This document shows, piece after piece, positions 16,016 through 24,243 of a DNA stretch of 24,243 nt. The position numbers and the translations under genes were made by a program. The stretch comes from a virus. Taxonomy: Duplodnaviria; Caudoviricetes. The stretch is from positions 1-24,243 of the IMG/VR virus record IMGVR_UViG_3300029318_000100; one strand, 5' to 3'. The notes below the pieces were generated by a model, which made no database searches, was not told where the DNA came from, and saw only the letters and a list, made by a program, of their open reading frames with translations. Each line of letters opens with the position of its first letter. Positions within the stretch are counted from its first letter, which is position 1.

Positions 16016-16542
16016 TAGGACACTCCTGCAAGAACACTCAGATTTACATCAATGGCGGACGAAGTATCACAATAAACTCTTATTTCTTCGTTTGTTTGTA
16101 GAATTGTTTTACCTGCATCACTAATAACAAAAGAACTTCCTTGTGGTACGGGAATATTATTCGCCAGGAGACTTAAACTATCACCTACTCCAACCTCAAC
16201 AAAAAGTTTGACAGTAATATCTGTTAGGTTACAGAAAGTTCCACCTACAAGAATACTTTTAGATGCAGCAGTAAGTGCTGTAGTCACACCTAAGAAACTC
16301 ACAGATTGTGAACTAACAGCTGTGATATTGGTGGAAGTTTTATCAAGTCTTACTTGACCAGCATCAATATAAGCAACTTTAGCACCACCCCTAAAGTGAA
16401 CATTTCGAACCATATCACCAACAGCAATACCATCAGTGGAGATACCAGTGATAATTGTGACACCAGCTCCAATACTTCCACTTGAACTAGTAGTCACAAT
16501 ACCAGCAGCTCTAGTCAGTGAATTTGTAAATGACTCCGCCAT
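16015..16542 (-). CDS. Small beta-rich virion protein (adaptor-like)
   Basis: 175 aa; C-terminal half resembles 17830-18174 (NIPVPQGSS...GKTILQTNEEI vs DFPLPANDS...GKLVLETGDSL). Confidence 0.8.
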   Translation of the reverse strand: MAESFTNSLTRAAGIVTTSSSGSIGAGVTIITGISTDGIAVGDMVRNVHFRGGAKVAYIDAGQVRLDKTSTNITAVSSQSVSFLGVTTALTAASKSILVGGTFCNLTDITVKLFVEVGVGDSLSLLANNIPVPQGSSFVISDAGKTILQTNEEIRVYCDTSSAIDVNLSVLAGVS

Positions 16543-16552
16543 TGTATCAATA

Positions 16553-16568
16553 CTTTTTAGTTATTTAT
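16553..16568 (-). promoter_or_regulatory. T4-type late promoter and leader
   Basis: ATAAATAACTAAAAAG about 10 nt before the ATG at 16542. Confidence 0.8.
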
Positions 16569-17824
16569 CAAAGTCCACCAAGAGCAACAATCAAGCCTAT
16601 GGATGCAACTGGTTGACCATTTACAGTGACACTACCATCAATATTGGTATCCCCCTTTACATCCAAAGTAAATTTAGGATTTGTAGTACCAACACCAACC
16701 ATCGTAGTTGTGGCCGTTGATACAACAGTGAATGATGAATTTCCAAGACCAGCCTGGAAAGTATTCAGTGGATTATCAGTTCCAACACCAATCTTGTCTG
16801 CAGAAAGAGTTGTAAAAGTTGCAGATGTACCTACAATTTTGTCAATGTAAGCAGTTGTGACACCAATTGACTCAGCATTTCCACCGTTTCCAGTGATAAT
16901 ACCTAATGTTGAAATACCTGAAATAAACAGTTGGTCTGCTGTGACATCTCCATTCGTAATCGCAGCATTAATTGTGACGTTACCAGTGGATCTATCAATG
17001 TTAATGTTATTACCTGCTGTAATTGTGGTGACAATACCCGATAATTCAATACCAGTACCGTAATACGTTGCCACACCAGCAGAAGCACCAACTGTGGCAC
17101 CTACACCAGATGTCAATGATGTAATCTTGAAATCTGAGAATGAAGATATACCTGCATCTACATTCAGTTGTGTGACTGATGCAATACCACCGATAACATT
17201 GGTAGCTACACCAGCTACTTCAACAAAAGTTTGTTGATTGACTGTTATAGTAGCAATTCCACCACCATTTTCACCAGTGGCAACTACTTGAAGTCCTCTA
17301 AAGTCAAGTCCATTAAATGTGGTACCAAGACCAACTGCAGCACCTTCATCAAATACTAAAATACCTTCAACAGCTCCTGCAGGAGCAGTGGGTAACCATT
17401 GTGGTGGTTGATCCGCACCCCTCGAAAATAGTCCATAACCTGTTTGACCATTTTCAAAGGCAGAAGTAATTCCAGGTTGTGCCTGATATAATAATTGTCC
17501 TGCTGCACCACCATAAATGTTAGTTGCATTGGTGGCACTCGTAATTCCAGTCAGTCCCAGACCAGAACCGTAATACTCATTTGCAGTAACAATACCAACA
17601 CTTAACTTCGAAGTATTTGTTCTATTAACTGCATCACCAGGAACCGTTGTACCGATCCCTACATCATTCGAAACATATACTGTACCTCTTACATCCAGAT
17701 TCTGCACCGCAGCATCTGTACCAACACCGATACGGCCTACTACTTCTAGTGAAGTCTTCTCTTCACTAAAAGAACTTATACCAATTTTTAGACTACGACG
17801 GTCGTTACTTCCGTATCTTGGCAT
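16568..17824 (-). CDS. Fibre-like virion structural protein (418 aa)
   Basis: Repeated (I/V)G(V/I)GT motifs, GGAAGQLLYQ module, ends SIGLIVALGGL. Confidence 0.85.
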   Translation of the reverse strand: MPRYGSNDRRSLKIGISSFSEEKTSLEVVGRIGVGTDAAVQNLDVRGTVYVSNDVGIGTTVPGDAVNRTNTSKLSVGIVTANEYYGSGLGLTGITSATNATNIYGGAAGQLLYQAQPGITSAFENGQTGYGLFSRGADQPPQWLPTAPAGAVEGILVFDEGAAVGLGTTFNGLDFRGLQVVATGENGGGIATITVNQQTFVEVAGVATNVIGGIASVTQLNVDAGISSFSDFKITSLTSGVGATVGASAGVATYYGTGIELSGIVTTITAGNNINIDRSTGNVTINAAITNGDVTADQLFISGISTLGIITGNGGNAESIGVTTAYIDKIVGTSATFTTLSADKIGVGTDNPLNTFQAGLGNSSFTVVSTATTTMVGVGTTNPKFTLDVKGDTNIDGSVTVNGQPVASIGLIVALGGL

Positions 17825-17829
17825 TGTTA

Positions 17830-18174
17830 TTACTGATTAAGTGTCTCTAAAACAGATGATATGAATTTCACATCAGTATTACTACTGGATGAGATGACCA
17901 ATGAATCACCTGTCTCCAATACAAGTTTACCAGAAACAAGATTGGCTGAATCATTTGCAGGAAGTGGGAAATCCTTCAATATTTCAGTTGTGACTGCGAT
18001 TCCTGATACAGTTCTCTCGTGAGCAAAGGTAATGGTTTGAGTATCAGTACCAATATTTGTACATTGCGCCAGAAGGACAATAGAGTCATATCCAGTAGGT
18101 GCTGTGTAGATACCGACCGTATTGACTCCGACAACAGCTGTTATTGTCTCGTAATTATTAAGGGCTAGTGCCAT
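17830..18174 (-). CDS. Small beta-sandwich-like virion protein (114 aa)
   Basis: IYTAP...SIVLLAQCTN...GKLVLETGDSL...SVLE; tightly coupled to the upstream gene. Confidence 0.8.
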   Translation of the reverse strand: MALALNNYETITAVVGVNTVGIYTAPTGYDSIVLLAQCTNIGTDTQTITFAHERTVSGIAVTTEILKDFPLPANDSANLVSGKLVLETGDSLVISSSSNTDVKFISSVLETLNQ

Positions 18175-18175
18175 T

Positions 18176-21100
18176 TTAATCTATTCCTCCTAATGCGAGA
18201 ATGTAAGGTGTAATGTTTGCAAACAGGGATCTTTGATAAGCGTCACCTGAGATTGAACCCTCCAACTGATTAATGATAACACCATCACCAATCTTAAAGT
18301 TACCTGCCTGGTCTGTTGAAGTATAAATGACCAGACCACCATTGATACTTGTAGTCTCATTTTCTGGGATTGCTACACCACCTCTTTGTGGGAGTGCTGA
18401 TAAAGCAGTATTTCCAGAACCGATATATTCAAAAGCGTGGCTTGAAGCAAGTACTCTACTCTGTTTGAAGAATGGAACTGTTGTTCCTACACCAACCGCG
18501 TAAGGTACCCTTTCGGTAAAGGTGACTGTAGAGATACCCCCAACAATAGGAGTAGCACTACTTACCACATAGTATGTAGGTAAGATGTCACATGTACCAG
18601 TAGCAGAACCATCAATTGTGACTGTTGGAGTGCCAGTGTAACCTCTACCATTTGAAATCATATCAACAGATGATACTTTTCCATTTGTCAATCTTGCGAC
18701 ACCAGTAGCAGTGATACCCCAGGATTCAGATGGTGCCGAGAATGTAACATTTGGTGCATTAGTATACTCTGAATCAGAACCACCATTTGTGATGGTTACA
18801 CCAGATATCGAATTATACAATGCATCCAGATACACAACTTGACCATCGTAAGGTCTGGTGACAAAAGTTTCTACATCACCACCACTGACATATGTATGAG
18901 GTAACGTAGAAGCACCAACATACGCTGTAAATGTCGTCGGACCGACTACCGAATCAACAGTAAAGATATTACCATAAGCACCACTTGGGAACGGTGCAAA
19001 TGTACTGATACTTACATTACCACCACTTACATAAGTGTGAGCGATTGTAGATGGACCAACATTAACTGTAAATTCCGTAGAAGTGCCAACTGTCAAAACA
19101 TCAAATACATGTCTTGCTGCACCGTTGTTATCGCCAGGTGCAGGTGGGAATATTCCATTGGATGCCCCACCACCAGAATCACAGTTAAAAGTTAATTGTG
19201 CAAAAGTAACACTTGCACCAACATAGAAGTTATTATCGACTGTAGTTGTAACAGTCATAATACCACTTACTTCATTATAAATTGCATTTGACACATTATA
19301 TGATGTTACTGGAAGTTGAGAATCACAGGTGAAGGTCATATCCTTCATGGTAACTGACATTCCGACATTAAAACCGTGATCAGTTGATGTCGTAATTGTC
19401 GTCAGACCAGTAACGTTATCGTATAATGCACCACTAATAGAGAAATTATCTACACTACAGTCAATTTCAAATATATCTGTCTCTGCTGCCTTTGCCTCTG
19501 TAATAGTTCCAATGAATATCTGTGGTCCAAGACCATCAGCAACAAGACCTAATCTACCGAAGGATGAGTTAGAGTTCGTTAAATCACATTGTCCACCATC
19601 AATACAAACAATACTTTGGTCATTGTAAATGGTAAAGATAGAAACTAACTGAGCATAACCTTCATTGGAGATCGAAACACCAATACCACCCTGATTAAGT
19701 TGTGTATAAGAGTCAACGTTCATTGCTCTCGTGTCACCAATGACATGTCTACCATCAATCTTCATACCAATACTATTGGAGATGAAGTTTGTACAATTCC
19801 TGATGTATGGACCCTGTGTCACATATGATGGTTTGTCTGGGTTGAATGCTATAATTGCCTTTCCTTCATCCAATGTCCCTGTGAAGGACATGTTTTCAAC
19901 GTAATTACCATTACTTACATAAATTAAGTCTTTATCAGGATTTTGAGGAATGATTGAGACTTCTCTCAAACTATCACCCAGAAGAGTTACCTGTTCTGGA
20001 AGAATGATTGGATTATTTTCAGTATAATTACCAGCAAAAATCTTGATTACCGTGCTTTCATCTGCGATTGTCAATGCAGAACCAACTGTTCTCTTTGCAC
20101 TTGAAATAAGGAAACCATCATTTTCATCATTACCATCAACGGTAACGTAGAGAATGTTTGTGACAGATACTGCACCACTTACGTTTGTCAGATTTGATCC
20201 ATCACCATAAAATGCGATCGCACTGACAATACCCGATGTCGGGAACATCGAAATTCCAGATCCAATAGATGAAATACCTGAAACATATAAACCTTCAGTA
20301 CCAACTGTTGTGAAACCTAATGTAGTGATACCACTAACAACTAAATCATCTAAATCCGTATATCCATCTACATCAAGATCTTTTCCTACAGAAAGTGTTG
20401 ACCCATTAAAGGTAAGATTTATATCATCCCTTAATTCTCCACCAGCACCAGCTATTACAATTCTATATTGACTTAAATCACTAACTTTAGCACTATCGGC
20501 AGTAAGACCACCATTAACAGCCATTCCACCAGTTGCAGTAGCAAAACCAGTAAATGTTGATACTCCACTTACGGATAAAGTACTTCCTACAGTTAAATCA
20601 TCTAAAGTGGTAGTACCATCTACATTAAGACCATCAAGTTCTGTGGTACCATCAACATCTAAATTTCCAGTAATATTAACATTATTACCAAAAGTTGATA
20701 ATCCAGTTACTTGTAAAGTCGTTCCATTTTTTATATAACCACCGTCAAGATTGGTAGTGATACCTGCCAGTTTTGCATATCTTACATCAAGTTGAGCCTT
20801 CGGATCAATATAGATTGGATTAGACGTTCCTTGAGCAAGAAGAACATTACCTGAAGGACCAACTGGTAAGAAATCAGTATTGTCTGGTGCAGTTTGAATT
20901 AAGAGTCTACCAGCAGAACCACCCTTAATGTCAGTTGCTATACCTGCACTATCAGCATATGCTACATTAATTTGTGAAATGGAAACCCAAGTAGGAGCAT
21001 TAGCATGGTTTGACTGAAGAACTTGACCAGTTTGACCTACTGCAGTAAATGCTGTTTCATTTGCATCAGCTTGATATACTACAACACCAGCCTGACCACC

Positions 21101-21517
21101 TTTGATGTCAGTTGTAAGTCCTGCATTTGTTGCAAAGTCCGCTTTAGGGACATTGTTTGCATTTATTGTGACTCTTCCCTTACCATCACTAGGGGAGATA
21201 TTGATACCTGTACCTGCAACAATTTGCGTTACAATACCACTTAAATTAACACCATCACCGAAGTAAGTTGCCTGGGTTATAATACCTGCGGTGGTGATAC
21301 CAGTCAGATTTGAATTGAATAAATTCGCACCATTAGAAACAGTAAGATATTTTGTTGTAACTGCTTGACCGACTAAAATACTGTTTGTAACACCAAGACC
21401 CAGGACTGTAGCGATTCCCGTAACTACAAAATTACCACTAACAGTCGAAGGTCCACAGATTATAGGACCCGAGTTATTATTCTTATTGGCAATTTTGTCA
21501 GCCCTAAGTAATGACAT
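18176..21517 (-). CDS. Large virion protein with fibre shaft and pectate-lyase-like beta-helix (1113 aa)
   Basis: LYVTVDGNDENDG...AKRTV..AL...IKIFAGNYTE beta-helix cap followed by GPYIRNCT; ITNGG/GRGYTGTPTV repeats; ends ILALGGID. Confidence 0.85.
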   Translation of the reverse strand: MSLLRADKIANKNNNSGPIICGPSTVSGNFVVTGIATVLGLGVTNSILVGQAVTTKYLTVSNGANLFNSNLTGITTAGIITQATYFGDGVNLSGIVTQIVAGTGINISPSDGKGRVTINANNVPKADFATNAGLTTDIKGGQAGVVVYQADANETAFTAVGQTGQVLQSNHANAPTWVSISQINVAYADSAGIATDIKGGSAGRLLIQTAPDNTDFLPVGPSGNVLLAQGTSNPIYIDPKAQLDVRYAKLAGITTNLDGGYIKNGTTLQVTGLSTFGNNVNITGNLDVDGTTELDGLNVDGTTTLDDLTVGSTLSVSGVSTFTGFATATGGMAVNGGLTADSAKVSDLSQYRIVIAGAGGELRDDINLTFNGSTLSVGKDLDVDGYTDLDDLVVSGITTLGFTTVGTEGLYVSGISSIGSGISMFPTSGIVSAIAFYGDGSNLTNVSGAVSVTNILYVTVDGNDENDGFLISSAKRTVGSALTIADESTVIKIFAGNYTENNPIILPEQVTLLGDSLREVSIIPQNPDKDLIYVSNGNYVENMSFTGTLDEGKAIIAFNPDKPSYVTQGPYIRNCTNFISNSIGMKIDGRHVIGDTRAMNVDSYTQLNQGGIGVSISNEGYAQLVSIFTIYNDQSIVCIDGGQCDLTNSNSSFGRLGLVADGLGPQIFIGTITEAKAAETDIFEIDCSVDNFSISGALYDNVTGLTTITTSTDHGFNVGMSVTMKDMTFTCDSQLPVTSYNVSNAIYNEVSGIMTVTTTVDNNFYVGASVTFAQLTFNCDSGGGASNGIFPPAPGDNNGAARHVFDVLTVGTSTEFTVNVGPSTIAHTYVSGGNVSISTFAPFPSGAYGNIFTVDSVVGPTTFTAYVGASTLPHTYVSGGDVETFVTRPYDGQVVYLDALYNSISGVTITNGGSDSEYTNAPNVTFSAPSESWGITATGVARLTNGKVSSVDMISNGRGYTGTPTVTIDGSATGTCDILPTYYVVSSATPIVGGISTVTFTERVPYAVGVGTTVPFFKQSRVLASSHAFEYIGSGNTALSALPQRGGVAIPENETTSINGGLVIYTSTDQAGNFKIGDGVIINQLEGSISGDAYQRSLFANITPYILALGGID

Positions 21518-21544
21518 TACCTATGATTTCCCTTCCGTTAGTTA

Positions 21545-21552
21545 TATTTATA
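21545..21552 (-). promoter_or_regulatory. Perfect T4 late promoter
   Basis: TATAAATA on the minus strand, about 27 nt before the ATG at 21517. Confidence 0.85.
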
Positions 21553-21561
21553 ATATGACCA

Positions 21562-21569
21562 GATAAATA
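21562..21569 (+). promoter_or_regulatory. Late promoter for the plus-strand gene
   Basis: GATAAATA about 27 nt before the ATG at 21597. Confidence 0.65.
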
Positions 21570-21596
21570 TTTTCAAATCATTCAGTATTTAACAAG

Positions 21597-21929
21597 ATGA
21601 AAAATGGTGAATTTTGTCCTTTAATTAAAAAGAAATGTGTTCAGCATAAATGTGCTTGGTATACTCAGGTTAGAGGTACAGATCCCCAGAGTGGACAAGA
21701 AGTAGATGAATGGAATTGTGCGGTTTCATGGATGCCAATGATGTCTATTGAAATTGCTCAAAAGACAAGAGGAACAACAGTTGCAGTAGAAAGTTTTAGA
21801 AACGAAACAGTTGCAGCAAATGATAGAAATCAAAAATTATACACACATGCATTAAATCAGGGGATTGTTCAGGCTCAAATTACACCTCATCCCCCTATCA
21901 ATACATTACCTCCCGATCAATCAGTGTAG
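21597..21929 (+). CDS. Cys-rich fibre-associated protein (only plus-strand gene in the window)
   Basis: CPL-x4-C-x4-C-x-W...W-x-CA, then helical AVESFRNE; occupies a gap free of minus-strand ORFs and has its own late promoter. Confidence 0.85.
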   Translation: MKNGEFCPLIKKKCVQHKCAWYTQVRGTDPQSGQEVDEWNCAVSWMPMMSIEIAQKTRGTTVAVESFRNETVAANDRNQKLYTHALNQGIVQAQITPHPPINTLPPDQSV

Positions 21930-24243
21930 GAGTCCTTTTTACAAAGAATAACATCGATATATTTGACTTCAAAATTCATTGAAGCACCTGCTGTCCCTTC
22001 TTTAGCTATAGTCACAGTATGTTTGTGATTAGCACTTTGATTTCCTACATTAACACCGTGTTTGTGTGTTCCGTTGCCTTGTATAGCGATTGAAATATCT
22101 GCCTCATCAATACTGATACCAGTCTTTACTTTATTTGTTGAGGAGTGGCTTTTTCCATTATTGTTACTAGCTGGAACATTATTACCAGAGTCGTCATTAG
22201 ATCCACCACCTTTTAGAGTGTGTTTGTGGCCATCGTCGGTTATTGCATGACTATGGTTACCACCATTATAAGAATGAGCATGAGTACCATTTTCGCCTAT
22301 AGCCACACCATGATTGTGATTAGCACTTTGATTTCCTACATCAACACCGTGTGCGTGTTGAAGTAATGGAACTGATCTGGATTTTGAAAATGCACTTGTG
22401 AAAGATTGCGATCCTCCACCACCACCGCCGGCAGATTTGACAACTCTCAATGCTTTGTTATGAACATTAGCCTCATTCTTGTTTTGAGTCCAACCAGTCG
22501 GCGCTGCAGCTTGACAAAATAACATCTGAGTGCCTGCAGGTATTACTGCGACCGCTTCATTATAAACTTGTGTTACAACGTTTATCGTTGGAGCTATAGT
22601 AGTTGCAGTACCAACAGGTGGATAAGTATCATTCAATTGAACGACACCAGCAACAGATGTTGTTGCATCTGTCATTCTATCAGACTTAACCGTGCCCTGA
22701 GTAATATTACTACCATTAAGATCAGTGATATTATCACCTGCACCTTTGATATTGGTTACGGTCAGTCTATCTTTGTCTGGATTATATGTAATTTTATTGT
22801 CAGAGTCAATTTTTAGATAAGCATAATCTTCATCAACAATGTCTTGATCAACGAATACTATTTTTTTCTCTGCGTTTCCATTTGCCGTATTTATCAGTGC
22901 TTTATTCGAACCAGTGGATACCCCACTTACAACTCCTGTTTTTATACTGCCTACAGTTAAATTATCATAAAATGGGTTATATGTAAACGTTTTTTGAGAG
23001 TCAATTTTTAGATGAGCATAATCTTCATCAACAATGCTTTGATCAACGAATGTTATATTTTTCTCTACGTCTCCAGTTGCCGATTTTATCAGTGCTTTAT
23101 TCGAACCAGTAGATACACCAGTGACATTTCCTGTTAATGTAGAGGTTACTTTATCAACAGTTAAAGTGTTTGTTGATGGATTATATTTTAGTTGTCCATT
23201 TTGGGAGTCAACATATAAATTTCGATAAACCGAACCAATACCTAGAGTTTCAGTAAATGGAACTTGATAATCAACATCATCAGATTTTTCTTGAACAGAT
23301 ACCCTATCAGCACCTGTCGAAACACCAATCAACGCTGTTTGATCTTGTCTAACAGTCAAAATACCAGCACTAACACTGAAGTTCTGAGGACCCTTCAGAT
23401 TGTTAATTGTACCAATACCAGAGACGTAAATGTTCTCAAAATCGGCTTGTAATTTACTGTCTAAGAATTTTGTAACTGTTAATACACCAACTTCAAGATC
23501 CTTATAGTCATTATTGATATAAATGGTACCACCCATACCTTGAGTATTAGATGCTTGGTAATACAATTTATTTGGCGCGTTAAATGGAACCTTAAAGGTT
23601 ACAACACCGACTTGAGCACCATTATTTTCAACCCCATCACTATATTGATCGTTTAAATCAGCTAATTGTGTAGTTTTGATATAGAATGGGAAACCAGCAG
23701 AACTTACATGAAACTCATACTTAGCAGCTCTTTGTAGGTAGAGTTCTGGGTTATCAGTGTTTTGAGTAAAACCAATTCCAGGAGGATCACCAGCTGTTAG
23801 ATATCTGAAGGTATTAGAATTTACCTCTTGAATGTTAAATTTTGTATAAACTTCCGCATTATTTGCGTCAAGTACATTTAATACTGTTACATCTTCAAAT
23901 ACTACAGTTCCACCAGCCGCAACTTGACCAAATATATTTTTTCCTTTAATATTACCTGTTACTTCTAAGTCACCGTAAATATATTCTGCAGTTGTTCCAG
24001 TCGATACTGGTCCTATGACATCGAGAGTATATCTGGGAGAAGTTGTGTTGATACCAATCTTTTTATCGGCCTTATTCGCCGACACAAAAGTACCACCAAG
24101 ACCGATATCCAAACCATCATAGGCAGTTAGGATACCTGAGAATACACCATTTTCCGCCGTAATAGTTGTCCCAACAGATAAATTGGAACTTACCTCAGCG
24201 TCACCGATGACAACTAATTTTTTGTCAGCCTCGGTTGTACCAA
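21917..24243 (-). CDS. Tail fibre with collar-like domain and HxH metal-binding needle (5' end outside the window)
   Basis: Frame stays open from 24112 to the window edge (...GTTEADKKLVVIGDAEV...); IPAGTQMLF...APTGW collar-like motif; seven HxH motifs; ends VKYIDVILCKKD. Confidence 0.88.
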   Translation of the reverse strand, partial: GTTEADKKLVVIGDAEVSSNLSVGTTITAENGVFSGILTAYDGLDIGLGGTFVSANKADKKIGINTTSPRYTLDVIGPVSTGTTAEYIYGDLEVTGNIKGKNIFGQVAAGGTVVFEDVTVLNVLDANNAEVYTKFNIQEVNSNTFRYLTAGDPPGIGFTQNTDNPELYLQRAAKYEFHVSSAGFPFYIKTTQLADLNDQYSDGVENNGAQVGVVTFKVPFNAPNKLYYQASNTQGMGGTIYINNDYKDLEVGVLTVTKFLDSKLQADFENIYVSGIGTINNLKGPQNFSVSAGILTVRQDQTALIGVSTGADRVSVQEKSDDVDYQVPFTETLGIGSVYRNLYVDSQNGQLKYNPSTNTLTVDKVTSTLTGNVTGVSTGSNKALIKSATGDVEKNITFVDQSIVDEDYAHLKIDSQKTFTYNPFYDNLTVGSIKTGVVSGVSTGSNKALINTANGNAEKKIVFVDQDIVDEDYAYLKIDSDNKITYNPDKDRLTVTNIKGAGDNITDLNGSNITQGTVKSDRMTDATTSVAGVVQLNDTYPPVGTATTIAPTINVVTQVYNEAVAVIPAGTQMLFCQAAAPTGWTQNKNEANVHNKALRVVKSAGGGGGGSQSFTSAFSKSRSVPLLQHAHGVDVGNQSANHNHGVAIGENGTHAHSYNGGNHSHAITDDGHKHTLKGGGSNDDSGNNVPASNNNGKSHSSTNKVKTGISIDEADISIAIQGNGTHKHGVNVGNQSANHKHTVTIAKEGTAGASMNFEVKYIDVILCKKDSYTD
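22023..22352. repeat. 39-nt direct repeat with 1 mismatch, 291 nt apart (22023-22061 and 22314-22352)
   Basis: ttgtgattagcactttgatttcctacat(t/c)aacaccgtgt; encodes HGV(D/N)VGNQSANH(N/K). Confidence 0.9.
22760..23325. repeat. Tandem ~65-aa (195-nt) shaft repeats: two close copies and one diverged copy
   Basis: GVSTGSNKALI...FVDQxIVDEDYAxLKIDS...TYNP twice; GVSTGADRV...LYVDSQ...KYNP once. Confidence 0.85.

Noticed and set aside
21560-21940. Invertible segment explaining the lone plus-strand gene
   Set aside because: I saw no flanking inverted repeats or invertase; the gene has its own correctly oriented late promoter.
115-23452. Many plus-strand ORFs of 60-139 aa in the ORF track (e.g. 1661-1987, 11885-12304) and nested minus-strand ORFs (3016-3225, 13383-13673, 16903-17100, 17356-17538)
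   Set aside because: They lie within well-supported genes, show mirror-codon composition (Pro/Val/Thr/Ser-rich) and lack RBS or promoter support. Only 21597-21929 fills a real gap.
24110-24112. TTG start given by the ORF track for the 731-aa fibre
   Set aside because: The frame is open to the window edge, so the true start lies outside the window.
7003-24243. Diversity-generating retroelement suggested by repeat pairs in fibre genes
   Set aside because: No reverse transcriptase in the window, both copies of each repeat are in-frame coding, and mismatches are not restricted to adenines.
1-24243. tRNA or rRNA genes and alternative genetic code
   Set aside because: Intergenic gaps are short with no cloverleaf seen; TAA, TGA and TAG all end genes normally and long ORFs are uninterrupted.

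Overview
A 24 kb segment of a T4-like cyanomyovirus genome (marine Synechococcus/Prochlorococcus phage type), judged from phage-type talC, T4 late promoters ((T)ATAAATA), sigma70 promoters and giant Gly/Thr-rich fibre genes. Nearly all genes are on the minus strand. The right part (6465-24243) is a late structural cluster: several modular tail-fibre/virion proteins, small adaptor or chaperone-like proteins, and a subtilisin (S8) protease with an inserted cupredoxin domain that has a complete type-1 copper ligand set. The left part (1-6460) is a dense early/middle region of small ORFs. It includes a sigma70-driven unit with an atypical CP12-like gene, an NblA-like gene, a secreted HExxH peptidase and talC. 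It also holds a hairpin-gated late two-gene island encoding a basic protein with a T4-like capsid-targeting sequence, and a ligase-like plus HNH-like gene pair sharing a 22-bp upstream motif. All family assignments come from motifs read by eye; no searches were run.
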